The notes under the pieces are model-generated. The model did no database searches, was not told where the DNA came from, and saw only the letters and a list, made by a program, of their open reading frames with translations. A stretch of 27,445 nucleotides of DNA from positions 1-27,445 of the IMG/VR virus record IMGVR_UViG_3300024246_000004. One strand, written 5' to 3'. The stretch comes from a virus (taxonomy: Duplodnaviria; Heunggongvirae; Uroviricota; Caudoviricetes). Of this stretch, positions 22,720-27,445 are shown in pieces (position 1 is the first letter of the stretch; every line of letters starts with the position of its first letter). Both the position numbers and the translations under genes were made by a program.

Positions 22720-23090
22720 AGATTGAGTTCTGCCCAGAGGACCCGTGCCTCGGCCTGGAATGCCCGCGCGCCAACAAATGGGCCGGTTACCAGACCATGG
22801 GCATGAGCTACTTCTTCGATCAGGAGCCCGACGGCGACAACCCCGTCTTCGCCCGGTCGCACCTAGGTCAGATGCTCGGCATCTGCTACGCCACGGATCG
22901 CGATGGCGTGAAGCGCGTGATGAGTGACGCCGAATTCGAAATCCACGCCCTCAACCATGAGGGCAGGCCCGGTTACGTGGCGGTCTACAGCGGCGATGTT
23001 CCACCCGAGGAACTGCTGGTCGCGTCGCCAGAATGGACCGAGGAGCTGCTGCCCGATCTGATCCGTGCCGCGAGCGAGCTGGTCGCGTGA
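22716..23090 (+). CDS. Hypothetical protein, 124 aa
   Basis: GTGA overlaps at both ends. Confidence 0.7.
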   Translation: MKIEFCPEDPCLGLECPRANKWAGYQTMGMSYFFDQEPDGDNPVFARSHLGQMLGICYATDRDGVKRVMSDAEFEIHALNHEGRPGYVAVYSGDVPPEELLVASPEWTEELLPDLIRAASELVA

Positions 23091-23374
23091 CCACGGTTTA
23101 CGCCTGCATCGGCAACAGCGACGACAAGCTGGTCCAGGAGCGTTGGCACCTCTTCTGGATCCAGTTCCGGGCCACCATCATCACCAATGCGCTGCGTATA
23201 TACGGCGAATGGGCGTCGATCGCGGTATCGCCCTATCAGAACGCGTGCATCTGTTTCGAGATCGGCGATGACGGGGTGGCACCCATGAAAGCCGCTCTCG
23301 TGCAACTTGCCCGCGATTACGGCCAAGACTCGATCGCTTGGGCCGAGGCTCCGGTGACCGAATTCCTGGGTTAG
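23087..23374 (+). CDS. Small ferredoxin-like-fold phage protein, 95 aa
   Basis: VY..IGNSDDKL.Q..W, YGEW, YQNAC.CFE, LARDYGQDSIAW; beta-alpha-beta-beta-alpha-beta pattern. Confidence 0.75.
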   Translation: MTTVYACIGNSDDKLVQERWHLFWIQFRATIITNALRIYGEWASIAVSPYQNACICFEIGDDGVAPMKAALVQLARDYGQDSIAWAEAPVTEFLG

Positions 23375-23384
23375 AGGTGATGCT

Positions 23385-23543
23385 GTGACCGAACTGTCGT
23401 ATCTGCTGGCCCTTATCGCTTTCCTTGTCGCGGTTACCGCGCCGAACCGTCCCGCCTTGAGCGATGGCCGGATGATCGCCCTCGGCCTGTTCCTCTGGCT
23501 GCTGCCCGCCGCCCTCACGGCGATGCACATCTCGCATTCGTAA
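23385..23543 (+). CDS. Two-TM small membrane protein (holin-like size), 52 aa (not in ORF track)
   Basis: GAGGTG RBS; MTELSYLLALIAFLVAVTAPNRPALSDGRMIALGLFLWLLPAALTAMHISHS. Confidence 0.65.
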   Translation: MTELSYLLALIAFLVAVTAPNRPALSDGRMIALGLFLWLLPAALTAMHISHS

Positions 23544-23561
23544 CCCAACCCCAGGAGGTGT

Positions 23562-24059
23562 GTGGGACCGACCTATACCCCTGGGCGCTATGTGTGCGTC
23601 AGCGGAACCGGTATCGGCGACCGCATTATCCAGCTCGGCACTTTGAGCCGCTACAGCCACGTCTTCATGATCGAGACGCCGGACGGCGGGATCATCCAGG
23701 CGATGCCCGGCGGCGTGGTGCGCGCCAACATCTCCGACTACGCCGGTCGGCCGATGCTGGCCAACAGCGACCCCATGGACGCCGACCAGCAGCAGGACCT
23801 GCTCGCGTCCATGCGCGGGATGCTGGGCACCAAATACAACGACGCGGGCATCGTGGACGACGGCCTGGAATGCCTGGGCATCTTCTGGAACTGGCTGGGG
23901 AACATCGCCAACAGCGACGGCGAGGTCATCTGCTCCCAGATGACGGTCCTGGTGGGGGCCGCTGCGGGATACGACTGGATGTGCGGCAAGAAGCGCGCCT
24001 CCGAGGTCACCCCGGCGAAGCTCGCGCGGCGCCCCGGCATGCAGAGGCTGGTCGTGTAA
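23562..24059 (+). CDS. Permuted papain-like NlpC/P60 amidase (YiiX/YaeF-like), 165 aa
   Basis: His before Cys: YSHVF ... G.KY ... ICSQM ... VTP..L; AGGAGG RBS. Confidence 0.8.
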   Translation: MGPTYTPGRYVCVSGTGIGDRIIQLGTLSRYSHVFMIETPDGGIIQAMPGGVVRANISDYAGRPMLANSDPMDADQQQDLLASMRGMLGTKYNDAGIVDDGLECLGIFWNWLGNIANSDGEVICSQMTVLVGAAAGYDWMCGKKRASEVTPAKLARRPGMQRLVV

Positions 24060-24421
24060 TGCAGGCCTTCAACTGGACGATCCAGGTCGGCTCCCAGGAG
24101 ACCGCGAGTTTCCTCTTCCAGAACCCCGACGGCACACCCTACAACATCGTCGGGTTCACCTGGGAGTACGTGGTGCGCTTGGACGGCACCGATAGCAGCG
24201 TCACGCCCCTGATCAAGCTGACGACGACCCCGAACAGCCAGGGCGCGATCACCGTGAACACGGGCACCGCGACGGTGGCCGTCACGCTCAACCCGGCGGC
24301 CACCGCGACGCTGCCGGTGCGCCAGCTCTACGCCCACGCCCTGTGGGGCAACCCCGGCACCACCACGGCCACGCCGTGGGTTTCGGGCCAGTTCCTGACC
24401 ACCGCCGTAGCGCAGCCGTAG
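24059..24421 (+). CDS. Beta-sandwich tail-fibre adaptor-like protein, 120 aa
   Basis: TAATG overlap; all-beta Thr-rich sequence directly before the fibre gene. Confidence 0.65.
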   Translation: MQAFNWTIQVGSQETASFLFQNPDGTPYNIVGFTWEYVVRLDGTDSSVTPLIKLTTTPNSQGAITVNTGTATVAVTLNPAATATLPVRQLYAHALWGNPGTTTATPWVSGQFLTTAVAQP

Positions 24422-24428
24422 GAGGTGT

Positions 24429-27400
24429 GTGGCCGATCCAACGATCATCGTCCAGCCCGTCGTCACCACGGTCGAGGTCTCCGCGAACGTCATCGTGCCC
24501 CCGGCCGGACCTGTCACCCTCGGTGGCGTCGTCCTTGCCGGTGACCTGGGTGGCACCGCTTACGCCCCGCTCGTAGAGAAGATCCAGGGTACTGCGATCC
24601 AGGCGCCACCGGGCGTCAACACGAAGTTCCTCGCAGGAGACGGTTCCTGGCAAAGCGGCGCGGGTGGCGTGCAGGTCGGCGGAGATATCGGCGGCACAAA
24701 CAACAGCCCCACCGTCATCGGCATCCACTTCACGGTGCCGATCGGCCAAGGCGGCACAGGTCAGACAACCCAGCAGGCCGCGATCAACGCACTGGCTGGC
24801 ACCCAGACGTCCGGCCGCTACCTGCGCAGCGACGGCACAAACACCACGCTGTCCGCCATTCAGGCCGCTGACGTGCCGACGCTGAACCAGAACACCACCG
24901 GCACCGCCAACAACATCACCGGAGTGGCCGCCATCGCCAATGGCGGCACCGGCCAGACCACGGCGCAGGCGGCTATCAACGCATTGACCGGAACGCAGGT
25001 CTCCGGCCGCTACCTGCGTTCCGATGGAACCAATGCGGCTCTGTCGGCGATCCAGGTCGCCGATGTGCCGACGCTCAACCAGGACACCACGGGTGTCGCG
25101 TCGAACGTGAGCGGCACTGTCGCGATCCTGCACGGTGGAACCGGCCAGACGACGCAGCAGGCGGCGATCAACGCCCTAACCGGCGCGCAGTCTTCAGGCA
25201 AGTACCTGCGCTCTGACGGCACCAACGCCACCCTCGCCGCCATCCAAGTTGGCGACGTGCCGACTCTGAACCAGAATACAACCGGTACCGCCGCAGGCCT
25301 CTCCGCCACGTTGGCCGTCGGCTCCGGAGGCACGGGACAAACCAGTGCTTCCGCAGCGTTCAACGCCCTGAGCCCGATGACTACGCTCGGGGACCTCGAA
25401 TACGAGTCCGGCGCCAGCACTGCGTCGCGCCTGGCAGGCAACACGAGCGCCACCAAGAACTTTTTGACGCAGACCGGCACCGGAAGCGTTTCCGCCGCCC
25501 CCGCCTGGGGAACCATCCAGTCCGGCGATGTGCCGACGCTGAATCAGAACACCACGGGTACGGCCGCGAACATCACGGGCGTGGCGGCCATTGCGAACGG
25601 GGGCAGCGGCCAGAGTACGCAGCAGGCCGCGATCAACGCGCTCACAGGCTCGCAGTCCGCCGGTCGTTACCTACGTTCCGATGGAACGAACGCCACTCTG
25701 GCCTCGATCCAGGTCGCAGACGTCCCCACCCTGAACCAGAACACGACAGGCACGGCCGCCAACATCACCGGCGTCGCAGCGATCGTGAACGGCGGCACGG
25801 GCCAGACGACGCAGCAGGCCGCCATCAATGCCCTCACCGGAACCCAGACTTCGGGGCGCTACCTGCGCTCCGACGGAACCAACGCATCGCTGTCTGCGAT
25901 TGCCGCTGCCGACCTGCCGCAGGCCACCACCTCGGCATTTGGCGCGGTGGAGTACGAGAACACCGTCGGCAATCTCCAGCCTGCGGGCACGCCTGCGCTG
26001 GGGTCCAACAGCAAGGTGCCGGACTCCGGGCACGTCCACCCGTACCCCGCGTGGGTTTTCTCGGTGCTGGCGCAGGGAGCCAAAGGCGACGGGAAGATCT
26101 CCAACACCGGCGCAACCAACGGCACGACGACGGTCACCATCAACGAGTCGGTGCTCACCTCGGGCGACGTCGGCAAAGTCGTCATGGTCAAGAACGCCCT
26201 CCAGAACCAGAGCACCGCCGGACAGACCACCTCCGTCGGCACGATCACCACCGTCAACAGCGGCACCTCGTTCACCGCGACCTGGAACACCACGCCGACC
26301 CTGACAGCCACCGGCTTGCAGGTTCTGTGGGCCACCGACGACACTGTGGCCATCCAGGCAGCCATCGCTGCGGCCAACACCTACGCACAGAACCACTCGG
26401 GGTACGCGGAGGTTTTCTTCCCCACCCCGGCAGGGTTCTACTACGGTGTCGGCGGAACGCTGAAAAGCACCGACGGCACGAACGCCGTCTACAACTCCCA
26501 GTTGACCATTCCGGTCAACGCGGAAACGAACAACGGCGTCACCCTGGTTTTCCGTGGGCCGGAAGACGCTGGCCAGACCAGGTACTGGAACAGCGATTAC
26601 CCGGTGTGGAACGGCGGCATCCAGTCGTTCGGCTGCTTCACGACATCCGGCTCGCAGAGCACGAGCATCACCAACGGCGGAAACCCCAGCGTCATCGGGG
26701 GGCCGACCGGCAAATTCAACTACGGCGTCCTCCAGGGCGCGAACACGACGCCCACATACACGAACACCTGCGTGGTGTTCAGGGACTTCACGGTCCTGAC
26801 GACGCACGTGAACTCCGGGTGGACGTATAGCGCGTTTAACGTTTTCGGGTGCGCGCGGTTCCACGCGGAGAACTTCGCGTACGGCACCAACGGCGTAGTC
26901 CAGTTCTACAAGAACACGCCGAACCTTGGCGACTTCACGAACGTGACGCTCCTTTCCGGCGGCCTCTCCATCGGCGGCCTGATGCCGTCGAACGGGAACA
27001 ACGCGTCCAACGTCCTGAAGAATGTCGTATGCAACGGGGGCTACACCTACGGCCTCTATGCCACGGAGCACACCGTCGGCAACAATGTTACGGTGCTGTA
27101 TTCCTGGTCCGGTATCTGCCCGGTCGGCTCATACGGGGACTCCGCCGGAAGTGGCACGGTTTCCGCACTCCACGCGATGTATTTTGACCAGGCGTGCGTC
27201 GAAGGTTGCACGTTCCACGTCAACATTGTCGGTACCGGCCAGTCGGCCACTGGGCCCATCATCCATATGGTGCTCGACACCGAAGGCACCGTCCAGCTGC
27301 GCGACTCGGAGGCGGCGGGCGCGAACACCGGCGCTGGTTTGGCCGCCGCGCTAGGCGAGATCCGACTGGTGGGCTCGCCGTCCACCGTGACGATCCAGAC

Positions 27401-27445
27401 CGGTACGGGCGCGGGCGGCCTCGGCACCGGCCTGCGGATCATCAA
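24429..27445 (+). CDS. Tail fibre / tailspike with 64-aa repeats and pectate-lyase-like depolymerase domain; more than 1005 aa, truncated by window end (absent from ORF track)
   Basis: AGGAGG RBS, GTG 24429, frame checked open at several points to the window end; repeats then GAKGDG...TDDTVAIQAAIAAA...VFFP motif of parallel beta-helix glycosidases. Confidence 0.88.
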   Translation, partial: MADPTIIVQPVVTTVEVSANVIVPPAGPVTLGGVVLAGDLGGTAYAPLVEKIQGTAIQAPPGVNTKFLAGDGSWQSGAGGVQVGGDIGGTNNSPTVIGIHFTVPIGQGGTGQTTQQAAINALAGTQTSGRYLRSDGTNTTLSAIQAADVPTLNQNTTGTANNITGVAAIANGGTGQTTAQAAINALTGTQVSGRYLRSDGTNAALSAIQVADVPTLNQDTTGVASNVSGTVAILHGGTGQTTQQAAINALTGAQSSGKYLRSDGTNATLAAIQVGDVPTLNQNTTGTAAGLSATLAVGSGGTGQTSASAAFNALSPMTTLGDLEYESGASTASRLAGNTSATKNFLTQTGTGSVSAAPAWGTIQSGDVPTLNQNTTGTAANITGVAAIANGGSGQSTQQAAINALTGSQSAGRYLRSDGTNATLASIQVADVPTLNQNTTGTAANITGVAAIVNGGTGQTTQQAAINALTGTQTSGRYLRSDGTNASLSAIAAADLPQATTSAFGAVEYENTVGNLQPAGTPALGSNSKVPDSGHVHPYPAWVFSVLAQGAKGDGKISNTGATNGTTTVTINESVLTSGDVGKVVMVKNALQNQSTAGQTTSVGTITTVNSGTSFTATWNTTPTLTATGLQVLWATDDTVAIQAAIAAANTYAQNHSGYAEVFFPTPAGFYYGVGGTLKSTDGTNAVYNSQLTIPVNAETNNGVTLVFRGPEDAGQTRYWNSDYPVWNGGIQSFGCFTTSGSQSTSITNGGNPSVIGGPTGKFNYGVLQGANTTPTYTNTCVVFRDFTVLTTHVNSGWTYSAFNVFGCARFHAENFAYGTNGVVQFYKNTPNLGDFTNVTLLSGGLSIGGLMPSNGNNASNVLKNVVCNGGYTYGLYATEHTVGNNVTVLYSWSGICPVGSYGDSAGSGTVSALHAMYFDQACVEGCTFHVNIVGTGQSATGPIIHMVLDTEGTVQLRDSEAAGANTGAGLAAALGEIRLVGSPSTVTIQTGTGAGGLGTGLRII
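24750..25919 (+). repeat. Six in-frame tandem repeats (192-nt / 64-aa period; fourth unit 273 nt)
   Basis: Units start at 24750, 24942, 25134, 25326, 25599, 25791; consensus GGTGQTTQQAAINALTGTQxSGRYLRSDGTNAxLSAIQxADVPTLNQNTTGTAANITGVAAIAN. Confidence 0.92.

Larger units (their letters stand above)
1..27445. mobile_element. Actinobacteriophage/prophage genome segment (recombination, accessory and tail-fibre modules)
   Basis: Dense small ORFs with 1-4 nt start/stop overlaps; SSAP+SSB, RusA-like, Tad2-like and tail-fibre genes; no housekeeping genes; high GC with AGGAGG-type RBSs. Confidence 0.9.

Noticed and set aside
24750-25919. CRISPR array or DGR template/variable repeats
   Set aside because: Repeats are in-frame coding units with synonymous divergence, no spacers, no adenine-specific pattern, and there is no cas or RT gene.

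Overview
High-GC actinobacteriophage or prophage segment. No integrase, terminase or capsid gene is in view, so virion versus prophage cannot be decided. Layout: (i) a rightward recombination module (Rad52/Sak-like annealase, hypothetical, SSB); (ii) a leftward block 2156-7226 of small accessory genes and HTH regulators behind near-consensus sigma70/HrdB-type promoters; (iii) a rightward block 7318-15340 (DGQHR/ParB-like, SLOG, vWA, DUF6915-like, Zn-finger, HTH, RusA-like); (iv) a leftward block 15306-18049 (HicB-like, conserved 245-aa protein with downstream ncRNA, lipoprotein); (v) a rightward block from 18245 (tandem LuxR HTH, Tad2/DUF2829-like, permuted NlpC/P60, fibre adaptor, and a repeat-rich tail fibre/depolymerase ORF running off the window). 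The most notable feature is a circularly permuted tRNA-like (YrlA/Y-RNA-like) RNA at about 16070-16326. It has a plausible promoter of its own, lies directly downstream of the 245-aa gene, and has no Ro60/TROVE gene in the window. There are also three more non-canonical tRNA-like elements (one with an 8-nt anticodon loop), a five-member paralog family (LD..PGW...C.LGQL), a three-member paralog family, and a recurrent intergenic TAACGTA motif. All family names come from motif recognition by eye and need database confirmation.
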